A stretch of 64,000 nt of DNA from an uncultured Rikenellaceae bacterium (GCA_964568875.1 CAZMSH010000004.1:6816-70815), one strand, 5' to 3'. Shown: positions 28,098 to 41,581, numbered from the stretch's first letter. A program made the numbers and translations. The notes: a model not told the origin generated them from the sequence alone.

Positions 28098-28105
28098 TAC
28101 ATTTG
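28098..28105 (+). promoter_or_regulatory. Bacteroidota -7 promoter box TACATTTG for the tRNA-tuf transcription unit
   Basis: TAnnTTTG match 55 nt upstream of the first tRNA. It is followed by a perfect 10-bp leader hairpin (28112-28121 pairs with 28133-28142). Confidence 0.5.
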
Positions 28106-28159
28106 CAAACCGATTTTTGAGGGTATTCCATGCTCAAAAATCAGGCGTTCTTTAACATT

Positions 28160-28233
28160 GCCGATGTAGCTCAGTTGGCCAGAGCAGCTGATTTGTAATC
28201 TGCAGGTCGGGGGTTCGAATCCCTTCATCGGCT
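28160..28233 (+). tRNA. tRNA-Thr (anticodon TGT)
   Basis: Hand-folded cloverleaf, 74 nt. Acceptor GCCGATG/CATCGGC, anticodon loop TTTGTAA, T-loop TTCGAAT. One T-T mismatch in the anticodon stem. Confidence 0.85.
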
Positions 28234-28276
28234 CATGGATTGAAAAAAGCTTTTTTCAAGAGGAAAAACTCTGGAA

Positions 28277-28360
28277 GGGGGAGATACCAAAGTGGCCAAC
28301 TGGGGCAGACTGTAAATCTGTTGTCGCACGACTTCGTAGGTTCGAATCCTGCTCTCCCCA
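28277..28360 (+). tRNA. tRNA-Tyr (anticodon GTA), long variable arm
   Basis: 84 nt. Acceptor GGGGAGA/TCTCCCC, anticodon loop CTGTAAA, T-arm GTAGG-TTCGAAT-CCTGC. Confidence 0.9.
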
Positions 28361-28420
28361 CTACAAATAGTTGAAATAGAGTGAATTTACCAGGGAGTTT
28401 TCAACCTCTGACAAGAATAT

Positions 28421-28493
28421 GCGGGAGTAGCTCAGTCGGTAGAGCATCAGCCTTCCAAGCTGAGGGTCGCGGATTCGAATTCCGTCTCCCGCT
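28421..28493 (+). tRNA. tRNA-Gly (anticodon TCC)
   Basis: 73 nt. Acceptor GCGGGAG/CTCCCGC, anticodon stem-loop TCAGC-CTTCCAA-GCTGA. Confidence 0.92.
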
Positions 28494-28504
28494 CTATTTT
28501 TTCT

Positions 28505-28576
<72 letters not shown>

Positions 28577-28648
28577 CGATGACTTAACTAATTTTTTAAA
28601 AGATAAATAATTAACATTTAATTACACTATTAAAATACGCTTGGAATT

Positions 28649-29836
28649 ATGGCTAAAGAAAAATTTGCAAGGACGAAGCCACATGTTAACATCGGTACTA
28701 TTGGCCACGTCGACCATGGTAAGACTACCCTGACTGCAGCCATTACGATGGTTCTTGCCAAGAAGGGTCTTTCAGAAATCAGGGATTTCGATTCGATCGA
28801 TAATGCTCCCGAGGAAAAGGAGAGAGGTATTACGATAAATACCGCTCACGTTGAATACCAGACAGCGAACCGTCACTATGCACATGTTGACTGTCCGGGT
28901 CACGCCGACTATGTAAAGAACATGGTTACGGGTGCCGCGCAGATGGATGGTGCCATACTTGTTGTTGCGGCGACAGACGGACCGATGCCTCAGACACGCG
29001 AGCACATTCTTCTCGCCCGTCAGGTAAACGTTCCTCAGATTGTTGTTTTCATGAACAAGGTAGACGCTGTTGACGACGAAGAGCTTCTTGATCTGGTAGA
29101 AATGGAAGTACGTGACCTTCTGAGCTTTTATAAGTTTGATGGTGACAATGCTCCTGTAATTCGCGGGTCTGCTCTCGGTGCAATGAATGGTGAAGCCAAG
29201 TGGGAAGACAAGGTGATGGAACTGATGGATATAGTTGATGATTATATTCCTATTCCTCCACGTGATAATGAAAAGCCATTCCTTCTTCCGGTTGAGGACG
29301 TGTTCTCAATTACAGGTCGTGGTACTGTTGCTACCGGCCGTATTGAAACCGGTGTTGTAAATACAGGTGACGAACTCGAGATGATCGGTCTGGGCGCCAG
29401 CAAGCGTAAGACTGTTTGTACCGGTGTAGAGATGTTCAGGAAGATTCTTGACAGGGGTGAAGCTGGTGATAACGTTGGTCTTCTGCTCCGTGGTGTTGAC
29501 AAGAAGGAGATTAAAAGAGGTATGGTACTTGCCAAGCCGGGTTCAATTACCCCGCATACAAAGATTCAGGCAGAGATTTACGTTCTCAAAAAGGAAGAGG
29601 GCGGACGTCATACTCCTTTCCATAACAAATACAGGCCCCAGTTTTATCTGAGGACACTTGATGTTACCGGTGAGATTACACTTCCTGAAGGAGTTGAAAT
29701 GGTAATGCCTGGTGATAATGTCACCATTACCGTTGACCTGATCTACCCTGTTGCCATCAATGTCGGTCTCCGTTTTGCTATTCGTGAGGGAGGCAGAACT
29801 GTAGGAGCCGGACAGGTTACAGCGATTCTGGACTAA
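28649..29836 (+). CDS. tuf: translation elongation factor Tu
   Basis: 395 aa. [17 protein letters not shown] and NKVD GTPase motifs. Confidence 0.98.
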   Translation: MAKEKFARTKPHVNIGTIGHVDHGKTTLTAAITMVLAKKGLSEIRDFDSIDNAPEEKERGITINTAHVEYQTANRHYAHVDCPGHADYVKNMVTGAAQMDGAILVVAATDGPMPQTREHILLARQVNVPQIVVFMNKVDAVDDEELLDLVEMEVRDLLSFYKFDGDNAPVIRGSALGAMNGEAKWEDKVMELMDIVDDYIPIPPRDNEKPFLLPVEDVFSITGRGTVATGRIETGVVNTGDELEMIGLGASKRKTVCTGVEMFRKILDRGEAGDNVGLLLRGVDKKEIKRGMVLAKPGSITPHTKIQAEIYVLKKEEGGRHTPFHNKYRPQFYLRTLDVTGEITLPEGVEMVMPGDNVTITVDLIYPVAINVGLRFAIREGGRTVGAGQVTAILD

Positions 29837-29903
29837 TTAATAATATTCCGTCCGGAAAGGTTTTCGGGGTCATTCCCGGAAACCTTCCGGTTACGGTGGT
29901 AAT

Positions 29904-29976
29904 ACGGGTGTAGCTCAGTTGGTAGAGCACTGGTCTCCAAAACCAGGTGTCGGGAGTTCGAGTCTCTCCTCCCGTG
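29904..29976 (+). tRNA. tRNA-Trp (anticodon CCA)
   Basis: 73 nt. Anticodon stem-loop CTGGT-CTCCAAA-ACCAG, T-arm GGGAG-TTCGAGT-CTCTC. One T-T mismatch in the acceptor stem. Canonical position between tuf and secE. Confidence 0.88.
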
Positions 29977-29992
29977 CAAACATAAAGTCGAA

Positions 29993-30184
29993 ATGAAGAT
30001 AAAAAGGTACATTCAGGAGTCTTTTACGGAACTTTTACACAAAGTTACCTGGCCCACATGGAGTGAATTGCAGAACAGTGCCATTCTGGTAATGGGTGCA
30101 TCACTTATAATTGCTCTGATAGTTGCAGGGATGGATTTCTCTTTCGACAAGATCATGAGCTTCATTTACGGTTTGTTATATTAA
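29993..30184 (+). CDS. secE: preprotein translocase subunit SecE
   Basis: 63 aa with a single C-terminal TM helix, in the conserved tuf-tRNA-Trp-secE-nusG position. Confidence 0.85.
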   Translation: MKIKRYIQESFTELLHKVTWPTWSELQNSAILVMGASLIIALIVAGMDFSFDKIMSFIYGLLY

Positions 30185-30199
30185 TGGCTGAGGGTTCAG

Positions 30200-30748
30200 A
30201 TGAGTGAGTTGGTAAAGAAGTGGTATGTACTTCGGGCTATAGGAGGCAAGGAGAAGAGGGTGAAGGAATATATTGAGAGCGAGATTGCCCGCCTTAAGCT
30301 TGGAGATTATATATCACAGGTACTCATCCCTACCGAAAAAGTGTACCAGATAAGGTCGGGAAAAAAGGTCAGCAAAGAGCGTACTTTCTTTCCCGGTTAT
30401 GTTCTCGTTGAGGCAATACTGGTAGGAGAGGTACCTCATGTTTTACGGAATGTCCCGAATGTTCTGGGTTTTCTTGGCAGCCATGACGGTGAGCCGGTGC
30501 CGCTCAGAAAATCAGAAATAAACAGAATATTGGGTAAGGTTGATGAACTCGCATCCAGCGACGAAGAACTGAATGTTCCGTTTGTTGTCGGTGAATCTGT
30601 TAAAGTGATTGACGGTCCGTTCAACAGTTTTACAGGAGTTATTGAAGAGGTTAACACAGAGAAGAAAAAACTCAAGGTAATGGTCAAGATTTTTGGCCGG
30701 AAAACACCCCTTGAGCTTAGTTTTTTGCAGGTAGAAAAGGAAAATTAA
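30200..30748 (+). CDS. nusG: transcription termination/antitermination factor NusG
   Basis: 182 aa. WYVLRAxxGKEKxV NGN domain and a C-terminal KOW ([11 protein letters not shown]). Confidence 0.95.
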   Translation: MSELVKKWYVLRAIGGKEKRVKEYIESEIARLKLGDYISQVLIPTEKVYQIRSGKKVSKERTFFPGYVLVEAILVGEVPHVLRNVPNVLGFLGSHDGEPVPLRKSEINRILGKVDELASSDEELNVPFVVGESVKVIDGPFNSFTGVIEEVNTEKKKLKVMVKIFGRKTPLELSFLQVEKEN

Positions 30749-30830
30749 CGAAGATATTGGCGGCTATAATAATTATAATGCTTCCTGAATAGCAGCCAAG
30801 CTCTCGCAATAAACAAGCAAATTTAAAATT

Positions 30831-31274
30831 ATGGCTAAAGAAGTTGCTGGATTAATCAAGTTACAGATTCGTGGCGGCGCGGCAAACCCGTCTCCTCCGG
30901 TTGGACCGGCTCTCGGTTCAAAAGGAGTGAACATCATGGATTTCTGTAAGCAGTTTAATGCGAGGACCCAGGATAAGGCAGGTAAGGTAATACCGGTGGT
31001 TATCACGGTTTACAAAGACAAATCCTTTGATTTTGTTACCAAGACACCGCCGGTTGCAGTGCAGCTTATGGAGGCCACCAAAGCCAAGAAAGGTTCCCCG
31101 GAACCCAACAGGAACAAGGTGGCATCAGTGACCTGGGATCAGATCAGGACAATTGCGCAGGACAAGATGGAGGATTTGAATTGCTTTACGCTGGAGTCCG
31201 CCATGAAGATGGTAGCTGGTACCGCAAGAAGTATGGGGATCACCGTTAAAGGTAATTTCCCCGTTAGTAATTAA
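30831..31274 (+). CDS. rplK: 50S ribosomal protein L11
   Basis: 147 aa. [20 protein letters not shown] signature. Confidence 0.97.
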   Translation: MAKEVAGLIKLQIRGGAANPSPPVGPALGSKGVNIMDFCKQFNARTQDKAGKVIPVVITVYKDKSFDFVTKTPPVAVQLMEATKAKKGSPEPNRNKVASVTWDQIRTIAQDKMEDLNCFTLESAMKMVAGTARSMGITVKGNFPVSN

Positions 31275-31291
31275 TTATTTAAGAGGATAAG

Positions 31292-31987
31292 ATGACAAAA
31301 CTTACCAGGAACCAAAAGCTTTCCACGGCTAAGATTGAACCGGGCAAGCTTTATACATTAACCGAGGCGGCATCGCTGGTGAAGGAAATTACCACCACCA
31401 AATTTGATGCTTCAGTCGATATAGATGTGAGGTTGGGTGTGGATCCGCGTAAATCGAACCAGATGGTTCGTGGTGTCGTTTCTCTTCCCCATGGTACGGG
31501 AAAGGAGACCAGGGTTCTGGCTCTCTGTACTCCCGACAAAGAGGCTGAGGCGAAAGAGGCAGGAGCCGATTTCGTCGGACTCGATGAGTTTATCGAGAAG
31601 ATAAAGGGAGGATGGACAGACATCGACGTTGTGATAACCATGCCGTCAGTTATGGGTAAAGTTGGTCAGCTGGGAAAAATACTCGGTCCGCGCGGGCTTA
31701 TGCCCAATCCAAAAAGCGGAACCGTGACTATGGAAGTAGGCAAGGCTGTTAAGGAAGTAAAACAGGGAAAGATCGATTTCAAGGTTGACAAGTTTGGAAT
31801 TGTTCATACCTCTATCGGAAAAGTCTCTTTTGAGCCTCAGAAAATCGTCGATAATGCAAGGGAGTTCATCTCAACAGTGAACAAGCTTAAGCCCGCTGCT
31901 GCAAAGGGTACCTACATCAGGTCGGTATTCCTCTCAAGCACAATGAGCCCGGGAATAAAGGTAGATCCCAAAGGACTCGACGAGTAG
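31292..31987 (+). CDS. rplA: 50S ribosomal protein L1
   Basis: 231 aa. [24 protein letters not shown] signature. Confidence 0.97.
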   Translation: MTKLTRNQKLSTAKIEPGKLYTLTEAASLVKEITTTKFDASVDIDVRLGVDPRKSNQMVRGVVSLPHGTGKETRVLALCTPDKEAEAKEAGADFVGLDEFIEKIKGGWTDIDVVITMPSVMGKVGQLGKILGPRGLMPNPKSGTVTMEVGKAVKEVKQGKIDFKVDKFGIVHTSIGKVSFEPQKIVDNAREFISTVNKLKPAAAKGTYIRSVFLSSTMSPGIKVDPKGLDE

Positions 31988-32013
31988 TGTTTATCAGAAA
32001 ACATTTATGAATT

Positions 32014-32532
32014 ATGAGACGAGAAGAGAAAAATGAAATAATTAACAGTCTTACTGAGAGTATAAATCAGTTCAGCCACTTTTACCTGACTGACATTGCT
32101 CAGCTGAATGCTGCCGATACAAGTACCCTCAGAAGAAAGTGTTTCGAAAATGAGATTAAACTCATTGTAGTAAAGAACACTCTTCTGAAAAGAGCACTTG
32201 AACAATCGGGAAAGGACCTTGGAGAACTCTATGATGTTCTTGATGGTCCTACTTCTGTCATGTTTTCAAATAACGGAAATGCTCCTGCAAAACTTATCAA
32301 GGAGTTCCGTAAGAAAAAGGACAAACCACTTCTTAAAGGCGCATACGTACAGGAATCGGTGTACCTTGGAGATATTATGCTCGACTCACTTGTTGCTCTC
32401 AAAACAAAAGAGGAACTGGTTGGCGACGTCATAATGCTGCTCCAGTCACCGGCGAAAAACGTTATTTCCGCCCTGCAGTCAGGTGGTAATAAGATTCATG
32501 GTGTTCTTGAAACACTGTCAAAAAGAGATTAA
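32014..32532 (+). CDS. rplJ: 50S ribosomal protein L10
   Basis: 172 aa, in the conserved rplA-rplJ-rplL position. Confidence 0.95.
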   Translation: MRREEKNEIINSLTESINQFSHFYLTDIAQLNAADTSTLRRKCFENEIKLIVVKNTLLKRALEQSGKDLGELYDVLDGPTSVMFSNNGNAPAKLIKEFRKKKDKPLLKGAYVQESVYLGDIMLDSLVALKTKEELVGDVIMLLQSPAKNVISALQSGGNKIHGVLETLSKRD

Positions 32533-32568
32533 TACCAATTGTAAAACCACATTAAATAAACAATAAAA

Positions 32569-32952
32569 ATGGCAGATCTTAAGAAATTTGCAGAAGAACT
32601 TGTAAATCTTACTGTTAAGGAAGTTAACGAACTTGCTACTATCCTCAAGGAGGAGTACGGAATTGAACCTGCTGCTGCAGCTGTTGCTGTTGCCGGACCC
32701 GCTGCTGGCGGAGGTGACGCTGCTGCTGCTGCTGAAGAGAAGACATCTTTTGATGTTATTCTTAAGGCAGCCGGTGGACAGAAACTCCAGATTGTAAAAC
32801 TCGTTAAGGAAATTACCGGTCTCGGTCTCAAGGAAGCCAAGGCAGTAGTTGACTCTGCACCAGCGCCTGTTAAGGAGGGTGTATCAAAAGATGAAGCAGA
32901 ATCTATTAAAAACCAGTTAGTTGAAGCAGGAGCTGAAGTTGAACTTAAATAA
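32569..32952 (+). CDS. rplL: 50S ribosomal protein L7/L12
   Basis: 127 aa. Ala-rich hinge and a C-terminal domain with [23 protein letters not shown] sequence. Confidence 0.97.
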   Translation: MADLKKFAEELVNLTVKEVNELATILKEEYGIEPAAAAVAVAGPAAGGGDAAAAAEEKTSFDVILKAAGGQKLQIVKLVKEITGLGLKEAKAVVDSAPAPVKEGVSKDEAESIKNQLVEAGAEVELK

Positions 32953-32975
32953 GTTAAACCAGATTGACGGGTTAC

Positions 32976-33017
32976 AGGTTTAGAATCCCTTGATCCAAGG
33001 GGTTCTAAGCCTTTTTA
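32976..33017 (+). terminator. hairpin plus T-run between rplL and rpoB (probable partial terminator/attenuator)
   Basis: aggtttagaatccctt (32976-32991) pairs with aaggggttctaagcct (32997-33012), including G-U pairs, followed by TTTTT. Confidence 0.55.
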
Positions 33018-33056
33018 TTATTAGATGTTATTGTAATTCAATAAATCCCATCGTCA

Positions 33057-36000
33057 ATGTCTTCAAAAAAAACTGAACGAATAAATTTCTCAACCAGGAA
33101 ACAGACTCTGGAATACCCTGATTTCCTGGAGATTCAATTAAAATCATTTTCCGAGTTCTTTCAGCTCGGAACAATTCCTGACAACAGGAAGAAGGAGGGG
33201 CTTTTCCAGGTTTTCATGGAAAACTTCCCCATTACCGACACAAGAAACAACTTTGTGCTCGAGTTTATTGACTATTCGATCGATCCGCCAAGGTATTCGA
33301 TCGAAGAGTGCATAGAGAGGGGACTTACTTTTAGTGTTCCCCTTAAGGCTAAGCTTAAACTCTATTGTACTGACCCTGAGCATGAGGATTTTGACACAGT
33401 TATCCAGGATGTATATCTGGGTACGGTTCCCTATATGACAGAACGTGGAACGTTCGTTATTAATGGTGCTGAACGTGTCGTTGTTTCTCAGTTGCACAGG
33501 TCTCCTGGCGTGTTCTTTGGACAGAGCATACACGCCAACGGCACCAAACTCTATTCAGCCAGGATAATACCATTTAAGGGTTCGTGGATAGAGTTTGCGA
33601 CAGATATCAACAATGTCATGTATGCCTACATCGACCGTAAGAAGAAGCTTCCGGTAACGACTCTGCTGAGGGCGATAGGTTATGAAAGTGACAAAGACAT
33701 CCTCGAGATCTTCAATCTTGCAGAAGAGCATAAGGTCTCAAAGACAAACCTCAAGAAGCTTGTCGGAAGAAAACTTGCTGCCAGGGTACTGAAAACCTGG
33801 ATCGAAGATTTTGTTGACGAAGACACAGGCGAGGTAGTATCGATCGAAAGGAATGAGGTTGTCATCGACAGGGAGACAGCTATAGAAAATGAACACATTG
33901 ATCTGATTGTTGACTCAGGAGCCAAGGCTATATTGCTGCACCGTGATGATTTCAACCTCTCAGACTATGCGATCATATATAACACACTTCAGAAAGATCC
34001 GTGTAATTCTGAGAAAGAAGCGGTAATCTATATTTATCGTCAGCTCAGGAACGCAGAACCACCCGATGAGGCAACAGCCCGTGATGTTATAGAAAAGCTC
34101 TTCTTCTCAGACAAACGATATGATCTGGGAGATGTAGGAAGATACAGAATCAACAAGAAGCTTGGTCTTAACACAGATTCGGGAACCAAGGTTCTTACGA
34201 GGGAAGATATTATCGCCATTATAGGTTATCTTATCCAGCTGATTAATTCAAAAACAGATGTCGACGACATTGACCACCTGAGTAACAGAAGGGTTCGTAC
34301 CGTTGGCGAACAGCTGTATGCGCAGTTTGGTGTCGGTCTGGCAAGAATGGCCAGGACAATCAGGGAGAGGATGAACGTCCGTGATAATGAAGTGTTCACT
34401 CCTGTTGACCTGATAAATTCAAAAACACTCTCGTCGGTAATAAATTCATTCTTCGGCACAAACCAGCTCTCGCAGTTTATGGATCAGACAAATCCTCTTG
34501 CAGAGATGACCCACAAACGGCGCCTGTCAGCACTGGGTCCGGGAGGTTTGTCACGTGAAAGAGCCGGCTTCGAGGTTAGGGACGTTCACTATACACACTA
34601 TGGTCGTCTTTGTCCTATTGAAACACCTGAAGGTCCCAATATTGGTCTGATATCCTCTCTCTGTGTTTACGCCAAAATTAACCATCTGGGATTCATTGAG
34701 ACTCCCTACCGGAAGGTGGAAACAGGAAAGGTTGATCTTTCATCAGACGGCGTTGTATGGCTTTCTGCTGAAGAGGAAGAGGACAGGATGATAGCACAGG
34801 CAAATGCCCCTCTCGCTGAAGATGGTACGTTCGAGAACCCCAGGGCTAAATGCCGTTTTGAGGCTGATTATCCTTTCGAGGAGATATCAAAGGTTGATTT
34901 GATGGACGTAGCTCCAAACCAGATAGCATCAATAGCAGCTTCACTTATTCCGTTCCTTGAGCATGACGACGCCAACAGGGCTTTGATGGGTTCAAACATG
35001 ATGAGACAGGCGGTGCCTCTTGTCAGGCCTGAAGCGCCTGTGGTCGGAACCGGTCTCGAAGATCAGGTAATCAGTGACAGCAGAATATTGATTACAGCAG
35101 AAGGAGACGGTGTTGTCGAGTATGTAGATGCAAATGAAATCGTCATCAGATACACAAGATCTGATGAGGAGAAATTTGTCAGTTTCGATGACGACATAAA
35201 GAGGTACTACCTTCCGAAATATAAAAAGACCAACCAGAATACCTGCATTAACCTCATTCCAATAGTCAGGAAAGGGGAAAAAGTTGCCAAGGGACAGGTA
35301 TTGAGTGAAGGTTACGGTACAAAGAACGGAGAACTTGCATTGGGACGTAACCTGAAGGTAGCATTCATGCCCTGGAAAGGATATAACTTCGAGGATGCCA
35401 TTGTTATCTCCGAGAAGGTTGTTGAAGAGGACACATTCACTTCGATACATATAGACGAATACCTTCTTGAGGTACGAGACACCAAGAGAGGGATGGAAGA
35501 GCTGACTTCAGATATTCCAAACGTCAGCGAGGAGGCTACCAAACATCTCGATGAGAATGGTATAATAAGAATCGGAGCCCATATCGGACCGGGAGACATT
35601 CTTATCGGCAAGATTACTCCAAAGGGAGAGTCAGACCCTTCACCGGAGGAGAAACTGCTGAGAGCTATCTTCGGTGATAAAGCCGGTGATGTAAAAGATG
35701 CTTCACTTAAGGCCGGGCCATCCCTTGAGGGCGTTGTCATAGACAAAAAGCTGTTCACCAGGGCGGTAAAAGACCGCAAGTCCAAGACGGTAGAGAAGCC
35801 TATCATCGATCGTATTGATGCAGATTTCAACCGTAGTGTTGAGGACCTCAAATCAAGACTGGTGGATAAACTCTTTATCCTTGTCAACGGAAAGACCTCG
35901 CAGGGAGTCAGGGATTATCTCAATGTTGATGTAATACCCAAGGGCAGTAAGTTTACCCTTAAGCAGTTACAGGATATTGACTTCCTGAACATCAATCCAA

Positions 36001-36866
36001 ACAAGTGGACAACTGACAAGAAGAAGAATGATCAGATAAAAGAGCTTCTCCATAATTATATAAATAAATATAAGGAGATTGACAGTATCCATAAGCGCAA
36101 GAAGTACAATATCACTATCGGTGATGAACTGCCGGCTGGTATTATTCGTCTTGCCAAGGTATACATCGCGAAGAAGCGTAAGATCCGTGTGGGAGACAAG
36201 ATGGCCGGAAGGCATGGTAACAAGGGTATTGTTGCCAAGATAGTCAGGGTTGAGGATATGCCCTTCCTTGAAGACGGAACTCCTGTTGACATTGTTCTTA
36301 ACCCTCTTGGTGTACCTTCGAGGATGAACCTGGGTCAGATATATGAAACGGTTCTGGGATGGGCCGGAGTAAAGCTGGGCATTAAGTTCTCATCGCCTAT
36401 TTTTGACGGGGCATCTATTGGTCAGATAAATGAATATACCGATCAGGCAGGCGTTCCAAGATACGGAAAGACATATCTGTATGACGGAAGTACAGGTGAG
36501 AGATTTGACCAGCCTGCGACGGTAGGAGTTATTTATATGCTTAAGCTTGGTCATATGGTTGATGACAAGATGCATGCCCGTTCGATAGGTCCCTACTCCC
36601 TTATTACCCAGCAACCTTTGGGTGGTAAGGCACAGTTTGGAGGTCAGCGTTTTGGTGAGATGGAAGTATGGGCCCTCGAAGCTTTCGGAGCTGCTCATAT
36701 ACTACAGGAGATCCTTACGATAAAATCTGATGATGTCATTGGCAGGGCCAAGGCATATGAATCGATCGTAAAGGGTGAGCCTATGCCTCAACCCGGTATT
36801 CCGGAATCGCTCAATGTGCTGCTGCACGAACTCAGAGGTCTGGGACTGAGCGTGATACTTGACTGA
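33057..36866 (+). CDS. rpoB: DNA-directed RNA polymerase subunit beta
   Basis: 1269 aa with collinear RpoB motifs (e.g. [23 protein letters not shown]). Confidence 0.99.
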   Translation: MSSKKTERINFSTRKQTLEYPDFLEIQLKSFSEFFQLGTIPDNRKKEGLFQVFMENFPITDTRNNFVLEFIDYSIDPPRYSIEECIERGLTFSVPLKAKLKLYCTDPEHEDFDTVIQDVYLGTVPYMTERGTFVINGAERVVVSQLHRSPGVFFGQSIHANGTKLYSARIIPFKGSWIEFATDINNVMYAYIDRKKKLPVTTLLRAIGYESDKDILEIFNLAEEHKVSKTNLKKLVGRKLAARVLKTWIEDFVDEDTGEVVSIERNEVVIDRETAIENEHIDLIVDSGAKAILLHRDDFNLSDYAIIYNTLQKDPCNSEKEAVIYIYRQLRNAEPPDEATARDVIEKLFFSDKRYDLGDVGRYRINKKLGLNTDSGTKVLTREDIIAIIGYLIQLINSKTDVDDIDHLSNRRVRTVGEQLYAQFGVGLARMARTIRERMNVRDNEVFTPVDLINSKTLSSVINSFFGTNQLSQFMDQTNPLAEMTHKRRLSALGPGGLSRERAGFEVRDVHYTHYGRLCPIETPEGPNIGLISSLCVYAKINHLGFIETPYRKVETGKVDLSSDGVVWLSAEEEEDRMIAQANAPLAEDGTFENPRAKCRFEADYPFEEISKVDLMDVAPNQIASIAASLIPFLEHDDANRALMGSNMMRQAVPLVRPEAPVVGTGLEDQVISDSRILITAEGDGVVEYVDANEIVIRYTRSDEEKFVSFDDDIKRYYLPKYKKTNQNTCINLIPIVRKGEKVAKGQVLSEGYGTKNGELALGRNLKVAFMPWKGYNFEDAIVISEKVVEEDTFTSIHIDEYLLEVRDTKRGMEELTSDIPNVSEEATKHLDENGIIRIGAHIGPGDILIGKITPKGESDPSPEEKLLRAIFGDKAGDVKDASLKAGPSLEGVVIDKKLFTRAVKDRKSKTVEKPIIDRIDADFNRSVEDLKSRLVDKLFILVNGKTSQGVRDYLNVDVIPKGSKFTLKQLQDIDFLNINPNKWTTDKKKNDQIKELLHNYINKYKEIDSIHKRKKYNITIGDELPAGIIRLAKVYIAKKRKIRVGDKMAGRHGNKGIVAKIVRVEDMPFLEDGTPVDIVLNPLGVPSRMNLGQIYETVLGWAGVKLGIKFSSPIFDGASIGQINEYTDQAGVPRYGKTYLYDGSTGERFDQPATVGVIYMLKLGHMVDDKMHARSIGPYSLITQQPLGGKAQFGGQRFGEMEVWALEAFGAAHILQEILTIKSDDVIGRAKAYESIVKGEPMPQPGIPESLNVLLHELRGLGLSVILD

Positions 36867-36901
36867 TATAAAATGAATAATTGTAAAGAAAACTACGGAA
36901 T

Positions 36902-39900
36902 ATGTCGTTCAGAAGAGATCTAAAGACAAAGCCAAGTTATTCAAAAATCTCTATAGGACTTGCATCACCGGAGGAGATACTTGATCGCTCCAGCGGCGAA
37001 GTATTGAAGCCGGAGACTATTAATTATCGTACTTACAAACCGGAACGTGATGGTCTTTTCTGTGAAAGGATTTTTGGTCCGGTGAAGGATTACGAGTGCC
37101 ATTGCGGCAAATACAAGCGAATAAGGTACAAAGGTATAGTCTGCGACCGGTGCGGGGTTGAAGTAACAGAGAAGAAAGTCCGCCGTGAAAGAATGGGACA
37201 CATCTCGCTGGTGGTTCCGGTTGCTCATATATGGTATTTCAGATCCCTTCCCAATAAGATCGGATACCTTCTTGGTTTGCCAACCAAGAAGCTTGATTCA
37301 ATAATCTATTATGAGAGGTACGTTGTTATCAATCCCGGAATAAAGGCAGTTGACGGTATTAAGTACCTGGATTTCCTTACCGAGGAGGAGTATCTTGAGA
37401 TTACCGAATCACTTCCAAAAGATAATCAGTATCTCGAGGATGATAATCCTGACAAGTTCATTGCCGACATGGGGGCAGATGCCATATACAAACTGCTTCA
37501 GAGGCTTGATCTGGATGAGTTGTCATATTCATTGCGTCACAGGGCCAATACCGAAACTTCACAACAGAGGAAGAATGAAGCACTTAAGCGCCTGCAGGTT
37601 GTAGAGGCATTCAGGGAATCAAAGAATGTAAATGAGCCAGAGTGGATGGTGATAAAGGTTGTACCTGTTATCCCACCTGAGCTGAGACCATTGGTTCCTC
37701 TTGATGGAGGCAGGTTCGCCACGAGTGACCTTAATGATCTTTACAGGAGGGTTATAATAAGGAATAACAGGCTCAAAAGGCTTATTGAGATCAAGGCTCC
37801 GGAGGTGATTCTCAGAAACGAAAAGAGAATGCTTCAGGAGGCAGTCGATTCACTGTTTGACAATTCACGAAAGGCAAATGCAGTGAAGACCGATGCCAAC
37901 AGACCCCTTAAGTCATTAAGCGATAGCCTTAAAGGAAAACAGGGTCGTTTCAGGCAGAACCTTTTGGGTAAGAGGGTTGACTATTCGGCACGTTCGGTAA
38001 TCGTTGTCGGTCCTGAACTCAGGCTTCACGAATGCGGGCTGCCCAAGGATATGGCAGCCGAACTATATAAGCCTTTTATCATAAGAAAACTTATAGAAAG
38101 AGGTATTGTCAAGACTGTTAAGTCAGCCAAGAAGATTGTTGACAGGAAAGACCCTGTAGTGTGGGATATACTAGAGAATGTACTAAAGGGTCATCCGGTT
38201 CTGTTAAACAGGGCCCCTACACTTCACAGGCTGGGTATCCAGGCTTTTCAGCCAAAACTTATTGAGGGTAAGGCTATTCAGCTCCATCCGTTGGTATGTA
38301 CAGCTTTCAATGCCGACTTTGACGGTGACCAGATGGCAGTACACCTTCCACTTGGAAATGCTGCAATACTTGAAGCCCAGATACTTATGCTGGCTTCCCA
38401 CAATATTCTGAACCCTGCCAACGGAGCACCCATTACAGTTCCTTCACAGGATATGGTATTGGGTCTCTACTACATGACCAAGGCAAGAAAGAGTACTGAA
38501 ACAGAGAAGGTAAACGGAGAAGGCCTCGTATTCTATTCCCCTGAAGAGGTGAATATAGCATACAACGAAGGCAGGGTAGAACTGCACGCGGTTATCAGGG
38601 TAAAAGTTGATGATGTCGTTGAAGGAAAGAGGGTTAATCATTTGATTGAGACAACCGTCGGAAGGGTGCTCTTCAATGAGGTTGTACCTGAAGAGGTTGG
38701 ATTCATTAATGAACTGCTGACAAAGAAATCACTCAGAGATATCATTGGTAATGTATTGAAGTTAAGCGGTACAGCCAAAACTGCAGAGTTCCTTGACAGT
38801 ATCAAGGACCTGGGATATTATATGGCTTTCAAGGGAGGCCTCTCTTTCAATCTCGACGATGTCATTATACCCCAGGCGAAGACTGATTTCGTAAAGGAGG
38901 GCTATGACCAGGTTGAAGAGGTTCTTGCCAACTACAACATGGGCTTTATTACCAATAATGAAAGATATAATCAGATAATTGATATATGGACACATGTGAA
39001 TGCCAGGCTGACCCAGGAACTGATGAAGCAGATCTCGACAGACAGGCAGGGCTTCAATTCTGTCTACATGATGCTTGATTCAGGTGCGAGGGGTTCAAAG
39101 GAGCAGATACGACAGCTTTCAGGCATGAGGGGTCTTATGGCCAAACCTCAGAAGTCGGGAGCAACAGGATCAGAAATCATTGAAAACCCTATCCTATCTA
39201 ACTTCAAGGAGGGATTGTCGGTACTCGAGTACTTCATATCCACACACGGTGCCCGTAAGGGTCTGGCCGACACAGCTCTCAAGACTGCTGATGCCGGATA
39301 TCTTACCCGTCGTCTGGTTGATGTTTCGCAGGATGTGATCATCAGCGAGGAGGATTGTGGCACACTGAGGGGACTTGTCGCTACAGCCATCAAGAAGAAT
39401 GAAGAGGTTGTGGAGACCCTGTATGAGAGGATACTCGGTCGTACTGCGGTGCATAATGTTTACCATCCTCTTACAGGAGACCTTATTGTTTCGTCAGGGG
39501 ACGAGCTTACTGAAGAACTGGCCAAATATATTGAGGATTCACCAATTGAGCAGGTAGAGATCAGGTCAGTGCTTACATGTGAATCGAAGAAAGGTGTCTG
39601 CAGTAAGTGTTACGGCAGGAATCTTTCTACCGGAAAGATGGTTCAGAGAGGAGAGGCAGTAGGCGTAATAGCAGCCCAGAGTATTGGTGAGCCCGGTACA
39701 CAGCTGACACTTCGTACATTCCACGTGGGAGGAACAGCCTCTAATATTACAACAGAATCAAGCCTTATTGCCCGTTACGGAGGTATTGCTGAGATTGATG
39801 AACTAAGATCGGTTACAAAAACTGACCCTGATAAGGGCAAAATAGATGTGGTTATCGGACGGCTTGGCGAGTTGAGGATAGTTGACAAGAAGACAGGAAT

Positions 39901-41194
39901 ATCACTCACAACCCATACCATACCTTATGGGTCTAAACTCTACATCAAGCCTGGCCAGGAAATTGAAAAGGGACAGCTGATCTGTGAATGGGACCCGTTC
40001 AATGCCGTAATCATTTCTGAGATTGCGGGTAAGGTAGCTTTTGACTATCTTATAGAAGGTGTTACCTTCCGTGAAGAGTCTGATGAGCAGACCGGATTCC
40101 GTGAGAAGGTTATCGTGGAGAGCCGCGATAAAACCAAGAACCCGGCTATCAGGATACTGTCACCTGAGGGAGTAGAGATTAAGTCATACAACCTCCCTGT
40201 CGGAGCTCACCTGGTGGTTGACAATGAGAAGATTGTCGAAGCCGGAGATATATTGGTCAAGATACCACGCGCAGTCGGAAAGTCAGGTGACATAACCGGT
40301 GGTCTGCCAAGAGTAACGGAGTTATTCGAAGCCAGAAATCCTTCTAACCCGGCTATTGTTGCCGAGATAGACGGAGAAATTCAATTCGGGAAAATAAAGC
40401 GCGGTAACCGCGAGATATCCATTACTTCGAAGGCAGGGGAGGTTAAGAAATATCTTGTACCTCTTTCAAAGCAGATACTTGTACAGGAAAATGATTATGT
40501 AAGGGCCGGAATACCTCTGTCTGATGGTGCAATTACACCCACAGATATTCTTAATATCAAGGGTCCGACAAAAGTACAGGAGTATATTGTCAATGAGATT
40601 CAGGAGGTTTACCGTCTGCAAGGTGTGAAAATCAATGACAAACACTTTGAGATAATAGTGCGTCAGATGATGCGCAAGGTCGAGATAATCGACCCGGGTG
40701 ATACTAAGTTTCTTGAGCGGCAGGTTGTTGACAAGCTTGAGTTTATGGATGAGAATGACTGGATATTCGGTAAGAAAATCGTACTTGATGCCGGTGACTC
40801 TGAAACATTCAAGCCCGGGATGGTGGTAACAGCACGCAAGCTTCGCGATGAGAATTCATTGCTCAAGCGTCGTGACAGGAAGCTGGTGGATGCGCGTGAT
40901 ACTATCCCCGCTACCTCAAGTCAGGTTCTTCAGGGAATTACCAGGGCTGCGCTTCAGACTAACAGTTTCTTCTCAGCGGCCTCTTTCCAGGAGACTACAA
41001 AAGTGCTTAATGAGGCGGCAATACTGGGTAAGGTTGACAGACTTGAGGGACTGAAGGAGAATGTTATTGTAGGTCACCTGATACCGGCAGGTACAGGAGC
41101 CAGAGAATACAACAACATGATTGTCGGGTCACTTGAAGAGTATGAAAGCCTGGTAACGGCTGAACAGGATGCTTCAACTGTTGAGGAGGAATAA
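36902..41194 (+). CDS. rpoC: DNA-directed RNA polymerase subunit beta'
   Basis: 1430 aa. N-terminal zinc-binding Cys cluster and the catalytic NADFDGDQM motif. Confidence 0.99.
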   Translation: MSFRRDLKTKPSYSKISIGLASPEEILDRSSGEVLKPETINYRTYKPERDGLFCERIFGPVKDYECHCGKYKRIRYKGIVCDRCGVEVTEKKVRRERMGHISLVVPVAHIWYFRSLPNKIGYLLGLPTKKLDSIIYYERYVVINPGIKAVDGIKYLDFLTEEEYLEITESLPKDNQYLEDDNPDKFIADMGADAIYKLLQRLDLDELSYSLRHRANTETSQQRKNEALKRLQVVEAFRESKNVNEPEWMVIKVVPVIPPELRPLVPLDGGRFATSDLNDLYRRVIIRNNRLKRLIEIKAPEVILRNEKRMLQEAVDSLFDNSRKANAVKTDANRPLKSLSDSLKGKQGRFRQNLLGKRVDYSARSVIVVGPELRLHECGLPKDMAAELYKPFIIRKLIERGIVKTVKSAKKIVDRKDPVVWDILENVLKGHPVLLNRAPTLHRLGIQAFQPKLIEGKAIQLHPLVCTAFNADFDGDQMAVHLPLGNAAILEAQILMLASHNILNPANGAPITVPSQDMVLGLYYMTKARKSTETEKVNGEGLVFYSPEEVNIAYNEGRVELHAVIRVKVDDVVEGKRVNHLIETTVGRVLFNEVVPEEVGFINELLTKKSLRDIIGNVLKLSGTAKTAEFLDSIKDLGYYMAFKGGLSFNLDDVIIPQAKTDFVKEGYDQVEEVLANYNMGFITNNERYNQIIDIWTHVNARLTQELMKQISTDRQGFNSVYMMLDSGARGSKEQIRQLSGMRGLMAKPQKSGATGSEIIENPILSNFKEGLSVLEYFISTHGARKGLADTALKTADAGYLTRRLVDVSQDVIISEEDCGTLRGLVATAIKKNEEVVETLYERILGRTAVHNVYHPLTGDLIVSSGDELTEELAKYIEDSPIEQVEIRSVLTCESKKGVCSKCYGRNLSTGKMVQRGEAVGVIAAQSIGEPGTQLTLRTFHVGGTASNITTESSLIARYGGIAEIDELRSVTKTDPDKGKIDVVIGRLGELRIVDKKTGISLTTHTIPYGSKLYIKPGQEIEKGQLICEWDPFNAVIISEIAGKVAFDYLIEGVTFREESDEQTGFREKVIVESRDKTKNPAIRILSPEGVEIKSYNLPVGAHLVVDNEKIVEAGDILVKIPRAVGKSGDITGGLPRVTELFEARNPSNPAIVAEIDGEIQFGKIKRGNREISITSKAGEVKKYLVPLSKQILVQENDYVRAGIPLSDGAITPTDILNIKGPTKVQEYIVNEIQEVYRLQGVKINDKHFEIIVRQMMRKVEIIDPGDTKFLERQVVDKLEFMDENDWIFGKKIVLDAGDSETFKPGMVVTARKLRDENSLLKRRDRKLVDARDTIPATSSQVLQGITRAALQTNSFFSAASFQETTKVLNEAAILGKVDRLEGLKENVIVGHLIPAGTGAREYNNMIVGSLEEYESLVTAEQDASTVEEE

Positions 41195-41212
41195 AACTAA
41201 AGTATAATTACC

Positions 41213-41527
41213 ATGACAGATCAGAAAAGTAACCAGATCAGTATTGAGCTTAACGAAGAGGTATCGCAGGGTATATATTCCAACCTGGCAATAATTACCC
41301 ACTCATCGGCTGAGTTCGTAATTGATTTTGTCCGTATTATGCCCGGAGTGCCTAAGGCACAGGTTAAGTCAAGGATAATACTTACACCCGAGCATGCAAA
41401 GAGGCTGGCAGCAGCATTGGAGGACAATATTACAAAGTATGAATCAGTTCATGGAGTAATAAAGGAGATAAAAGGCTCAGGGCCGGTCATGCCAACGACA
41501 TTTGGCGGACCTACCGCCCAGGCCTGA
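41213..41527 (+). CDS. DUF3467 domain protein
   Basis: 104 aa. YSNLAIITHSSAEFVIDF motif. From memory, the position immediately after rpoC is conserved in Bacteroidota. Confidence 0.65.
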   Translation: MTDQKSNQISIELNEEVSQGIYSNLAIITHSSAEFVIDFVRIMPGVPKAQVKSRIILTPEHAKRLAAALEDNITKYESVHGVIKEIKGSGPVMPTTFGGPTAQA

Positions 41528-41544
41528 TATGCCAAGCGTAAAAA

Positions 41545-41581
41545 AGCCGCCGGAAAATACTTCCAGGCGGCTTTTTTTTTA
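41545..41581 (+). terminator. intrinsic terminator ending the rpoBC unit
   Basis: agccgcc (41545-41551) pairs with ggcggct (41566-41572), followed by a T10 run. Confidence 0.75.

Noticed and set aside
32529-32840. 103-aa Ala/Ser-rich minus-strand ORF.
   Set aside because: It is the antisense shadow of the Ala-rich hinge of rplL.
33144-41054. Numerous 60-190-aa ORFs on both strands inside rpoB and rpoC (e.g. 35312-35887, 34992-35450, 39148-39466).
   Set aside because: All are nested in, or antisense to, two uninterrupted and highly conserved polymerase genes. No independent signals support them.
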